A stretch of 64,000 bases of DNA, taken from assembly GCF_006345805.1 (NCBI RefSeq), contig NC_042997.1:29822001-29886000 (forward strand), written 5' to 3'. The notes beneath the pieces were generated by a model, which was not told the DNA's origin, made no database searches, and saw only the letters and a list, made by a program, of their open reading frames with translations. Shown in pieces: positions 1 through 11,789 of the stretch; positions within the stretch are counted from its first letter, which is position 1, and each line of letters begins with the position of its first letter. The position numbers were made by a program, and so were the translations under genes. Source of the stretch: Octopus sinensis (taxonomy: Eukaryota).

Positions 1-208
1 TGAGTGTCTTTGTGCTTGTTTCTCCCTCATCGCTTGACAACGAATGCTGGTGTGTTTACGTCCTCGCGAACTAGCGGTTCGGCAAAAAGACCGATATAAT
101 AAGTGCTAGTCTTTAAAGTGAGGCCTGGGATCGAATTGTTTGATAGAAACACGTGAATGCGGTGCTGTAGTATGGCCATAGTCAAATTACTAAAATAAGT
201 AAAAGCAA
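1..208 (+). mobile_element. SINE family B, 3' half (window-truncated)
   Basis: Diverged match to the 3' halves of the fuller copies at 41467-41840 and 54449-54852 (cgcttgacaac..gctggtgtgtttacgtcc..gcggttcggcaaaa..aagtaaaag). Confidence 0.75.
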
Positions 209-1465
209 GTAATAAAATTCAATTTCTTGGGCTACTTTTCGATTTTTTTTATCTATTTAAAGCATATGCACGCGGAAATGTTTGAATATACAACAAAATA
301 TCGATAATATTGATGGGAAACGAATCCGTCCTTTTTGCAAATAGAAAAATTTGGGAGGATCAAACCAGTACCAAACACTTCTATTGTGCACGTCAATCCC
401 GTTGAATATTATTTCTAATAATGTCAAATATTGTATGCACGAATTTTATCATAATATCGGTATCGGATTGCCATTGACATATTCCTGTACAAAGTAAAAG
501 TATTCATCCTGGATTCCTAGGTTGTCAGCGGGTATTTATAAATCGTGGAAAATAACGAAGATTGGTATTGCATTGCGCAACACCTGATCTATAAATCATG
601 CAAGTACGGAATCAACAACAAATCGATATTTTGTTCTTGTGTTTTTCTCGTTCTTTGCGGGATATTAGACTATCTTTGTATATCGAAATTACAAAAATAA
701 CAAACGGCACCAAACACATCCTGTCTTCCCTCAGAAGAAATCATTTTCTATTGTGAGATAAAATATAAAATATTTAGAAAACAATAGTTTTATATTACTA
801 TCTCTATTGGGAGTGAAACGTTTGGAAGATGCACTCGCAGATTATTGATTCAAATGGTAGTTGTAACAACATCCTTACATGTAAATTCTTTTGGGCTGTC
901 TTCAAATTATTTTCTAACAATTTAACCAATATGAAGAATGACTTTGCCGAATTACCATATTGTCAAAAAATATAGAACACAACATAAATGACACCCTCTT
1001 ATTTGTGTGATAGACAATTTTATTTCACAGCTATGAAGTTTTACTTTCAAGCCTACTCCAGGACACGTTTGGTATCTCATAGCTTTTTGAAATTTGAAGT
1101 ATATATTCTGATAATCATCAGCTGTCTCTTGATACCTGTCGAGGGAACCGTTTTCTCTTATACGGTAGATGTAATCCATGATATTTACTTCTTCCATTAC
1201 TTCAAACGAGTTCACTCATAAGAATTCGGATCTGGTTTTGTGTTTGAGCGTACGCTTCTCCCTTCTCCCATCCTATGAAAACAACCATAAACACAAAACT
1301 AGCATCTCGACTGCGCCATTTAATATATGTCTTTACGAATTATAGAAGTAAGCTTTACACATCTTTCAATAAATGCTTTTATCAATATCATTATTATATT
1401 CCCACAATCGAGCTGATATAGCCACCAAGTAAAATAACAAAATCTACCCCAGTCCCTTTCAAAAA

Positions 1466-1625
<160 letters not shown>

Positions 1626-4269
1626 GAAGGGGATTGTCAGGTGGGGATGATATCTATAAAACCTGGAGTGTCGCTACGCAAATTAAATCAGTAGCTGATA
1701 ATATAGTTTCTGCAACATCATCTATAGTGCTTGATTAAATTCTAGAAAAGATCTGAGACATGTGGATGCACTCAGAAAATGTTATATAAATGATGAAATA
1801 GACAGCAATTATTTAAGAAACAAAGATACCCATGTTTCTCAATGGTCTAAAAGGATTTCGTGTATCATATTATATGACTTTGCAAAATCCGTGCACAAAA
1901 CAAGCCGAGTGTGAACATATAGAGTTAAAACATTTTTGCTCATGAATATACAGCTACCTAATTACGTTGATATACATACACACAAACATACATATATGCG
2001 CATACATAGATATGTGTATACACTTATACATAGCTGCTTGGAAGATAAGCTACATAGTATCGACAGCTGTGGTGTTCAACTGCCCAATGACTTATTCAAA
2101 ACCAATAACAAACACAGCATTTATGATCAAGTATTTTGGAACTTTCAACATCCTTACCAAATTCGTCATCTAGTTAAGCTACTGTACATTTTCTCAATTA
2201 ATAAACTTGTCATTTTGTTATTATTCTTTATCCATCGTAAGCCTTGTTGCAGCAGACTCATTAATATTTATCATATGTGAAAATGCTGCCTTTTATAAGG
2301 AGTTCCTAAGAGCACACTAACTTATTAATATGTTAACAGAGCAGGAGCATAGAGTTCTCTCAAAAATTCTATAATTATTCTGTTATTGAAAGTGATGAAT
2401 TGTGATTCATAATCTCTACAGTGTTATCGATATGTTAAATGAGTCAACGAGCGTTAACCCTATTTTTTAAATATTAGGATGTATACCCATTTTCCAGTGT
2501 ACTCTCAAATATTCACCTGGATGAGCCAATAATTGGAAATTCTTACATATTTGTAGGATACTGTATTCTCGGTAAAATTTCATTGTTCATTAATTTCTCT
2601 TTGCGAAGTATCTCAAGGCTTTCTCGATATTTAAAACGATTTTCACGTCTTTCGAGAAGTATTGGAGACAATATATCAGTTGCTTTTCATAACGTACCAG
2701 CAATGATTGCTATGCACCGAGATTTGTCAACTTTCATTTAAAAAATCATTTTGTATGCTTTGTAATGCTTTGTGTATACATCTTTTGAATAACAGTCTGT
2801 GGAGAATTTTACGAAAAGTTGAAAGAAGATTTAACATGTCTGCAAGGCGATATAAACAGAGAAAGCTTGAATAGCACTTTTTGCGTACACATTTTAGTTG
2901 GATATCTCTGAAAATCATTTTGCAAGTCGTTTTTTTTTATTTTTATATTCAACTGTGTACATTCACAATTATAAACCGTTTCATTAAGATGAGTTGACGT
3001 ATATATATATATATATATATATTTAATGTAGTACTGAAATGGATTTGGAGCACAGTTTGATTTATATAAAGTTCCTACAGTTTGCAGAAAATTTCGATGT
3101 CTCACGAGATTGCCGCGAAATGACAAGTAGATGAAATATTCCAGATAAGGGATTACTCATCTATAAAACCAACCCAAAAATAATTTCATTTTGAAGACAT
3201 TGCAGCAATGACGTACCTTAAGGAATGGTTTTTCTGCTCTATGTTGAAATAGAAATTATAAATATAAAACTTAATTTCTTATAAACATTGATACAAATAG
3301 AAGCAGATCTCAAGGCAAATGCGTAGCTCAAATATAAAGCTTTAGTGGCATACACTGCTAGGGTAATGAAAACGCTACACCTGAAAATATAAATATTAGA
3401 GCTGCTGCCGAAAATTTTTCGTTGCATTTCACTGTTCCGATAAGGGCGAATATAGATTTAACCATATAATTCTGTTAAATAAACATAATACATTTAATAT
3501 CATTGGATACTGTGGTTCACCTTAATACACATACTGGTCATCAGTACATGTCTTAAGAAAGATATACTTCAGTCAAATAAACGGTCTTATATAAAAAGTT
3601 ATCCTTTTCTTTATTTGAATTTTACTATTAACGCAACCCGTATCATTGTCTATTTCTCTAGATTTTAGCACATTATATAAAACATGTCTTCATTTGTAGA
3701 GTTTTATGGGCTTCTCGTTTTTCAGTTATATCGTAAATGAGGTAGTTTTAAATGCTCGTAGTGTATTTATTATACGCTATTTACATTTACATAGCACGCA
3801 ACTAGACATTTGCATAAATAAAAGAAATCCCTTAATATTTTTAACAAAATGAAAACTCAATCTATTGCTAAGATTATTCCGCAATTTCGAATTGGAGGGA
3901 TGATAAAAGTGAGAGTTTGTGTTTCCATTCATAAAATGAATCAAATATCACTTTCTTTATCATTAACAATGATAGACATTTATTACAGAAAATGCGTTTA
4001 GAATCTTATCAATATATATAATTATTGATACATTATTTGATAAATGCAGATTTGATTTTTAATCACGAATAGATGTTTTTTAATCTTGAATATTGTACAT
4101 AATTTATAATGTTTTACATTGGTTTTCATGGATAATTTTCATGATGAAAGAATATTTTCTAAATCTTTTTATTTCACTCCGTGATTATCATGCGATTTTA
4201 TTTTATGGTGAGTCATTGTTTCTGTAAGTTTATGATGAGGTCAAACAAGTTTAAACGTCGGGGCAACCA

Positions 4270-4620
4270 TAATTAGAACAACGTCGTTGTTTTTGAATAA
4301 CTGTTTTCTGGCAAAGTGTCTGGAAATTCTATACGAATTGGGGTCACTAAATTTAGATGTAGCAGCCATCAGCCAAACCAGCTTTTCCGATCCTGCTGAA
4401 CGAACGTTTTACACCGCCTCTAGTCACTTTGGATTCAATAGGTGGCAATGTGGTTCTGAGAAGATTGCCAAATAAGGTTTTTGGGAATTCGATGATCAGT
4501 CAGTTACTATAGATACTTGGATACTTGTTGCAGTACAGGTGGTGTTTTGGGGGTTGCAAACATTTATACATGGATAGGAGCCGGATGGATAGATTTCACG
4601 TTTCCGGAAATATTCCTTTG
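4270..4620 (+). mobile_element. Degenerate apurinic-endonuclease fragment of an L1/Tx1-like LINE
   Basis: Translation KCLEILYELGSLNLDVAAISQTSF resembles the APE motif DVAAIQETHF; stops follow downstream. Confidence 0.45.
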
Positions 4621-5559
4621 TACATCACACTCATTAATGTTGGTGACAGATTTGAATAGTGTCCCATTGTAAGAAAAGCGTCTAAGCAAAAACCTGTGAT
4701 ATTTTGTCAAACATTTGGAAATTTCTGGTAAGCATTTTAACGATTAAATTTTACTAAATGTCATTTATTTAACCATTTATGGTTCTATGTATGGACAAGA
4801 AAATTCTTACTGTATTACATACCGTATGTTTCAATACAAAGAATTCTAAATTGATGTAATGCAATCATTGCCATTTAACAATACCAAAAAGTGAGGTTTT
4901 GCGTAATTTAAGAAGTGTAAAGATTTTAACTTTATTTCTACAAAATAAAATGTTTGTATTTGATAATCGGGAAGAATTAAATTGTATGGCATTAATGTTT
5001 AATCGGGTATCTGTAATCTACCAAGCATTAATTTAATAGAAGTGGTGTCATTAAAAATCCTTTTTCAGGCAATCACTTTATTCATTCCGTGAATGCCTTC
5101 TCCTTGTGACTATTGAGTAGCAATATGAATACATAATTACAGTTCAGACACAAGTGACTCTTCAACTTTTCCGTCCGTTGGGTTGTGATTTTGAGATAAA
5201 GCAACGCAGGTATGTAAGTATGTAATATTTTCAAAATTCGATTTCTAATTGATGATGTTTATTGCCAAGGATCGGCCCGTTTCAAATATTTGCGTGTATA
5301 TCTTTTAAGTGATATGTAAACGGCAGAGGTCGTTTTAATACTGAGACAAAATATTTATCTCTACAAAAACCCAGTATGAGAGTTTCTCTCATGGTATTTA
5401 CCGCAGTATAGCTTGTTCTAACGGGACATCCACGTTTAAGTGTGGATAAATATTACGTCTTTCAATTAATCTTTCGCTACTAATATCAGAAGAAACAAGG
5501 CACTTTTCAACTCCCAAATAACTAATGCAAAAATAATTTAATACGTTAATCTTTTATTA

Positions 5560-5895
5560 TTTTACCTGTTCCAGTAATTTGGCTGGGGTCAAGTAGTGCA
5601 CCGCTTTAAAGTGTGTTAGTCGAAGAAATCTACCCCAGGGCTTATTCTTTGTAATCCTAGTATTTATTCTATCGTCTCTTTTGGCGAACCACTATGTTAC
5701 AGTGACAAACACACACACAAATATATATATATATATTTGTGTGTGTGTGTTTCCGTCTACCAAATCCACTCACAAGGCTTTGATCGGCCTCAGACCTTAG
5801 CAGAAGAGACTTGTTCAACGTACCCCGCAGTAGGACTGAATGCGGAACCACGTTGCTGGGACGCAAGTTTCGTACCACACAGTCAAGCCTGCGCC
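5560..5895 (-). mobile_element. SINE family B (tRNA-like head, internal TA/CA microsatellite)
   Basis: Reverse complement of the ggcgcagg..tgtgtggt head and the ccttgtgagtggatttggtagacggaaac body seen at 54449. Confidence 0.8.
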
Positions 5896-6939
5896 AAAAT
5901 GTTATACTTTGGAGAAATATATGTACAAATAGATAATGTAATTGATAAATTAAATTTGAAGAATGCAAGAGTGTAGAATGCAAACCAGATTGCTCCGTTT
6001 ATTTTAAATATCTCTATTCCAAAATGTGTGGCGTGACAATATAGTGTACCAATATAATACCGGTATGTCGCAACCTTTCTTAGTTTAAAATATTTTTTAC
6101 TATAATGTTGCATATTTGCAAATTAATACAGAACATTGGTTGTCAATTTTTCCCGATCATGATTATTACTGCATACAAGCTTGAATTCGTTGCTGAAATT
6201 TAAATGTCATCACACTTTTCCCTTTGAAATTGAAAACAATGGAAATCAATGTCTTAAAGATTACAAAAATTTTATTGCTTCCTTAAATGTTACCAAAATA
6301 ACATTACGATTAAACAATTCATTCCTACGAAATAAGATAATAGATATGCGAATACAAAATTTCGATATAAATAGTGAATAGACAGAAAATTCTAGCAGAG
6401 CCTGAGGCCATAATTATATTTGTGATTTAGATAGAATATAGCCATTCTGCATACAATGAGGTGAGAGCCCGATATAAATAAAAAAGAGATACGAAATATT
6501 GACATCTGTATAGAGAAACTACTAAAGAGTATGCAAATGAAAATTGATTATTCTTCAAATGAAAAGAGAACACAACGGAAATGGAACGGGTGTATGCAAT
6601 ACCTCTCAGTCTGAGCCGATTGAGAGAGCCTCTGTTCCTGAAGAAATTATTTTAGTTTGGAAATACATGCTGGCATAACTGCAGGGCCAGGAATTCCCGA
6701 AGTTAAATAGATTTCCAATTTGATTTGTGGTGACCCGTCTAAGCCGAGTATAGAAAATAAATGGAATATTTATAAACTGGTTCCATAACGCTGACTTGGC
6801 CTCAACCGCTAGATCTTTCCATTCAAGTTTATTCACTAGATTTATATACGGGAAGAATATCAAAACGATGCATTCGATGTATTTGAATTTTGTGCATATT
6901 TCAGATATGTACTTTGGTAACATAGATTTGATTATGTTG

Positions 6940-7028
6940 TATGTATGTATGTATGTATGTATGTATGTATGTATGTATGTATGTATGTATGTATGTATGT
7001 ATGTATGTATGCATGCATGCATGCATGC

Positions 7029-7059
<31 letters not shown>

Positions 7060-7060
7060 A
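6940..7060. repeat. (TATG)n-(CATG)n-(TA)n microsatellite
   Basis: Direct reading. Confidence 0.95.
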
Positions 7061-7551
7061 GATCCAAGGATTGAGGTGTACGAGGAAAGTTAACTTGAAG
7101 TAATCCGCAGTAACTATAAAATGCAAGTTTCAGGGACGATAGTGATTTATTGAGACCGAAGGTTATGAATCTTTGGTTCGTTTTAATTATGATGTCGTCT
7201 TATTCTTTTGGTGGATGTTTTTGGTCAAAAAATAGATTTTGTTTTGGCATTGGTGTTTTGGTTGGCTGGTTGGTTGTTAGTAGGTTTCGTGACGTCACTT
7301 TAATTTGAAACAGAACGTTTTTTGTTTGTTTTGATCAAGTTTGGCGTTCTGCTTGTTTGGCTTCCCTATAGGGAGTGATCATCAACCGTTCCGGCTGGTT
7401 GAATTTCTTCAGGTGTCACTCTCAGTTTTTCCTGAGGGTCTGATTCTGATCGGAGGTAAATTTTCGTTGGTTTAGTGACGTCAGCAACTGATGTTTGAGG
7501 TGTATGGTGTTATTGTATAGTGATTAGGAGACAAGGGCAGAATGGGGGAAG

Positions 7552-7935
7552 GGGATTAAGTCAATTACATCGACTGCAGTGTTTCACTGGTACTTAATCC
7601 ATCGACCCCAGAAGGATGAAAGGCGAAGTCGACCTCGGCAGAATTTGAACTCAGAACGTAACAATGGGCAAAATACCGTGTTTCGCCCGACGTACTAACG
7701 ATCCTGCCAACTCGCCACCTACGACCAACTCGCCAATAACAATAATAGTAATTATTATTTCAAACTTTTGCTACATCGACCCCAGTTTTCAACCGGTACA
7801 TATTTTATCGATCCCGAAAGGATGAAAGGCAAAGTCGACCTCGTGGGAATTTGAACGCAAAACGTAGCGACAAGTGAAATACCGCTCAACATTTCGTCCA
7901 GTGTGATAACGATTCTGCCAGCTCACAGCCTTAAC

Positions 7936-7980
<45 letters not shown>

Positions 7981-8237
7981 AATAATGATAATGACAATGG
8001 TGATGATGATGATGATGATGATAATCCTTTCTACTATAGGCACAAAATCTGGAATTTGAAGGGAGGGGGATGGCCGATCTCATCGAGACCAGTACTTGAC
8101 TGGTGCTTAATTTATCAACCCTGAAAGGATGAAAGGCAAAGCTGACATCGCTGGAATTTGAACTCAGAACCTAAGGACCCACAAAACGCCGCTTAGCATT
8201 TTGCACGGCGTACTAAGTATTCTACCAGTTCGCTGCA
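7552..8237 (-). mobile_element. Three consecutive copies of SINE family A separated by (AAT)n/(GAT)n
   Basis: Copies at about 7552-7716, 7771-7930 and 8029-8237, each with the reverse complement of the ggcgagctggcaga head, a gagttcaaattcc B-box-like motif and the gaggtcgactttgcctttcatcctttcggggtcgataaa core (Meta-domain-like, from memory). Confidence 0.85.
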
Positions 8238-8239
8238 TT

Positions 8240-8290
8240 AATAATTAATAATAAGAAGAATCATAATAATAAATAATAATAATAATAATC

Positions 8291-8328
<38 letters not shown>

Positions 8329-8497
8329 AAGGAGGAGGAGGAAGAGAATAAGAAGGAGGGGGAGAAGGAGGAGGAGAAGGAGGAGGGGGAGAATAAGAAG
8401 GAAGGGTAGAAGGAGGAGAAGGAGAAGAAGAAGGAGAAGGAGAAGAAGAAGGAGAAGAAGGAGAAGAAGGAGAAGAAGAAGAAGAAGAAGAAGAAAT
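8240..8497. repeat. (AAT)n-(GGA)n-(GAA)n compound microsatellite just downstream of the lysozyme 3' end
   Basis: Direct reading; it explains the poly-Arg, poly-Ser and poly-Phe ORFs at 8261-8524. Confidence 0.95.
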
Positions 8498-8549
8498 GAA
8501 TTTTGTTTCTTTTAATAAACACAAAAAAAGCTTATTACTCAGAATTGCT

Positions 8550-8555
8550 TTTATT
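8550..8555 (-). terminator. Candidate polyadenylation signal AATAAA for the lysozyme gene
   Basis: AATAAA on the minus strand about 137 nt after the stop codon; an ATTAAA follows near 8511-8516. Confidence 0.4.
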
Positions 8556-8691
8556 TGATTTTGATTTTGATTTTTCCAGTTTCAGCTCATGAGCACCGCC
8601 ATTATTCCTTGTTTTTTAATATTTCTTTTTTGTAAATATTAGATATAATGGCAAAATACGTATCTCATTGAAACATATCGAATAAATTCTC

Positions 8692-8888
8692 TCACTGGTA
8701 TTTGAGACATTTCGAAATTTTCCGCCAATAGGGCAATGTAGAATCTTCTTGACAATTTTCTGGTCCACCGTTAAATGTTCTTGCAAAATGTTCACATGTG
8801 TGTACACCGCATCGGTAATTATAGAGTACAACATAAAGTTGGACACAATTAGAAGAACATTTCAAATCATTTGCACATTTCTGCCAAC
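8692..8888 (-). CDS. Terminal coding exon of an invertebrate (i-type, destabilase-like) lysozyme
   Basis: Encodes (G)WQKCANDLKCSSNCVQLYVVLYNYRCGVHTCEHFARTFNGGPENCQEDSTLPYWRKISKCLKYQ*. This matches the i-type C-terminal pattern W..CA.D..C...CV..Y...Y...C....CE.FAR.HNGGP..C....T..YW.K...C. A phase-1 acceptor tttcttttattgatttcag| lies at 8889-8907, and the frame is intact to TGA. Confidence 0.85.
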
Positions 8889-10329
8889 CTGAAATCAATA
8901 AAAGAAATATTTATGAATATATATACAAGTATTCAAGGACATATTATTTTGCACTGACATACGACGGCACCATATTTGATCGCTATATCTAAGAGAAGAT
9001 ATCAACATTGATCCAAGTGCTATTAGCACGGTACTTAGCTTTCTTGTTTAGATATCTCTTTATCCAATACATTCTGCGTTCATTCTTATAATGATGCAAT
9101 TCTTTCGATAATTATATTTCGTTATATAGTTTAGGTAAAATTTACATCTAACGTAACAGGTATATATAATACTTGCTCAAGTCAAATCACCACCTAAAAT
9201 GGTGACTTGAACTGCGACTAAAACAAAACATGGCTACTGACACTAAAACCTAATGGCGAAAAACACGAACGCAACAAATCAATCAGCACGTGACTACTAG
9301 CGTATGTAGCAAACGATAAAAAAAAATGTGATTGGAAGTTCACATGAATTCAGCTAGTATATGAGAGACAATGTATACACCAAATATGTTCAATTCATGA
9401 AAAGGGGTAATGTTGAAAATGAATTTAGAAATTCTATAGTTTCAAACTGACTGTAAAACAACCATTACATTATAGGAAATCTCTAAAATAATAGAAATGA
9501 TAAAACTTGAAGACACTAAGCTATTTCCCGTATAAACGAACACACAATATCTCCATATAGCAGCAAAAATAAAAGAAAGAAAATTCCAATAGAAATCGAT
9601 AGAACGGCAAATACGCACAGAAATATGAGATTGGAAAGACAGACCCTCGAAATCATATAGTTAAAGAAAGAAATTCATTAAAAAAATGTCTGCGCCTAAA
9701 CCATAATAGTTTCTGTTGTGCATTACATAAAATAACATGATTCGTTTTACAAGATACATTCACCAAATTATTAAAATATGCACTCCTCAAACGCAGTGCT
9801 ATCTTTCATTTACAGACTGAAGAGATATTTACATAGAAAAATATATGAATTTACAACCTTCAGAAAATTATTAAAGTCACATTTCTAAGCCAAAAGTTAA
9901 AGAACCTGAATGATAAAAGCATAAACATTGACAAATTTGAAAACTCATTTCATGATGAGCGTGATGACAGTCTCAGAGAACATCAAACAAATATTACAAA
10001 AAAATATTTAAAAATATCATTGCGCATACATGATAGCTGAATCTTAAAACGTTTATAAGTAATCTGTTTGTAATCATAGATAAAGACGATTAAAACACGA
10101 AATTTAGTCATTTACGCGGCGACATAAACAAATTTATTAAAATCAAGAAATATAAGACCGAATGAGATTAAAATAATTACAGCAAGCAATGAGTGCATGA
10201 TTAATCATGCATTTACAAACATTCTTGGAAATATTTCTACAGCACGCGCGCCCATATGAAGTCAGCTAGCATATCAGAGACAATGTATACACCAAGTACG
10301 TTCAATTCTTGAAAAGTGGAAATGTTGAA

Positions 10330-10384
<55 letters not shown>

Positions 10385-10385
<1 letters not shown>

Positions 10386-10695
10386 TTCCCACTAATTCTT
10401 CCCTCTCAGAATCTTACAGTAGTCTGGAGCAACCGAATCTTAGTCAGTCAGTTGATGGGTTCTACTACCTCAAATGTTCTTAAAATTTAAATCCACATCT
10501 TTGTCTATATATCTACCTTCTCTATAATGTTGCCACTTGATATCAAAATTTTTGTATTAATGGAAAACCTCTATAATTGGCTGATGAGTACTCAGCATTT
10601 TAAAACTGTTGTAATACTTACAACATTTAATAAAATGATGTAGTACGAAACGATCGTACCAAATTACTGGAGTCATTCTTGTTGCTTATTTTGAG
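10385..10695 (+). mobile_element. Penelope-like element 3' end (pLTR-like) between two (TA)n tracts
   Basis: Contains an intact hammerhead fold. The upstream remnant ..IYLPSL*.. weakly resembles a GIY-YIG C-terminus. TA tracts lie at 10333-10382 and 10696-10721. Confidence 0.6.
10574..10666 (+). ncRNA. Type I hammerhead ribozyme, canonical core
   Basis: UAAUUGG-CUGAUGA-GUACU..AGUAC-GAAAC-GAUC-GUA/CCAAAUUA. Stem I has 7 bp with one bulge, stem II has 5 bp plus extensions, stem III is the palindrome ACGAUCGU, and the predicted cut is after 10658. Confidence 0.85.
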
Positions 10696-10749
<54 letters not shown>

Positions 10750-10984
10750 GTACTGTTTATGGCCACTTTAACGTAGTTGTCCTCTAAGAGACGATGATGT
10801 TGCCATTTAACCTTCAACTGGTTTACTCAGTGTGGCTCTCGCACTCGATATTTATTGCCAATGGAGGCAACTCCTGCCACACTAGCTCTGGTTCCGATCG
10901 GTGGTGTGTGCTTGCTCCCCATACATGGCAGCAGTTTAACGTTGCTAATACACACACACACACACACACACGTTTGATTATATG

Positions 10985-11645
10985 TACATTTATGAGATTT
11001 TTGAATGAAGCCAAATGCTGCGTACATCTCTCCTTGCAAATGTTTTCCTTCATTACAAATTACGCCTTTCTTGTTCTGTTCAAGTCGGTGAGGTAGGCTT
11101 TCTACTTTGGTTCTTTTACCACGCACCTATTGTTCAGGGAGCAGTTATAGTCGCCCGGAGGTCTACATCTATAGGATCTTTGTGATGGGGGTATTCTTAA
11201 TTTTGGTATTGTATAATTGAAAATCATCGGCCCTATGTTTCGAAGGAGGCTATAGCTACCTTTGACTGTATTTCTATAGATCTTGTGGTATTTATGTGAG
11301 TATGAGAGGTGGGTAAATATGAGTTTAAAAAAATTTGTAGCTGTATCTGTAGCCACATTCAGGCACTATGGAGGATTATACCGTAGTATTTTCTCTATCT
11401 ATGGCGTTTAAGCATGTCTGTGTTTTGTTCAATATAGATAATACAATTAACGAAATTTAAACTTTCTAATGAGGCACTTTAATATGGGGCTGGCATTTTC
11501 AAAGTATATTCATCAGCGGATAGGTTGGAAATATATCTACTAATACTGTAAACCAATCGTTGGATTATCGACGTTGGATGTTTAAAGCCACCGGCAAGGT
11601 CTGGTTTAGGATAGGTTTAAATTTGTTTGTACTTAGGTTCATAGT
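10985..11645 (-). mobile_element. Penelope-like element (Naiad-like) RT thumb, linker and GIY-YIG start, degenerate
   Basis: TMNLSTNKFKP..HPTSIIQRLVYSISRYISNLSADE..; HKYHKIYRNTVKGSYSLLRNIG; CRPPGDYNCSLNNRC. Homologous to 45194-45350 and to the element at 62130-63365. Confidence 0.8.
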
Positions 11646-11789
11646 AATCTATCCATCTATTTATTTATCAATCTATCTATCTAGGTTGTCGGTCAGGACG
11701 CCTCAAGACTGTTTCCACACGTTTTACCCATTCATCTTGATCTTCCACAATTGACCTCAGCTCCTGTGCCCCTTCCATACCAGTATCCT

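Noticed and set aside
6606-6930. Non-repetitive part of a 153-aa minus-strand ORF (..KLEWKDLAVEAKSALWNQF..)
   Set aside because: No family motif recognised, and its start depends on microsatellite sequence.
7345-7390. Minus-strand UUGAUGA..CUCCC-UAUA-GGGAAG..CAAAC, hammerhead-like
   Set aside because: Two core positions are mutated and no stem I or III can be formed; at best a dead relic.
8261-8524. Poly-Arg (protamine-like) and poly-Ser/Pro ORFs
   Set aside because: They coincide exactly with the (GGA)n/(GAA)n/(AAT)n microsatellite.
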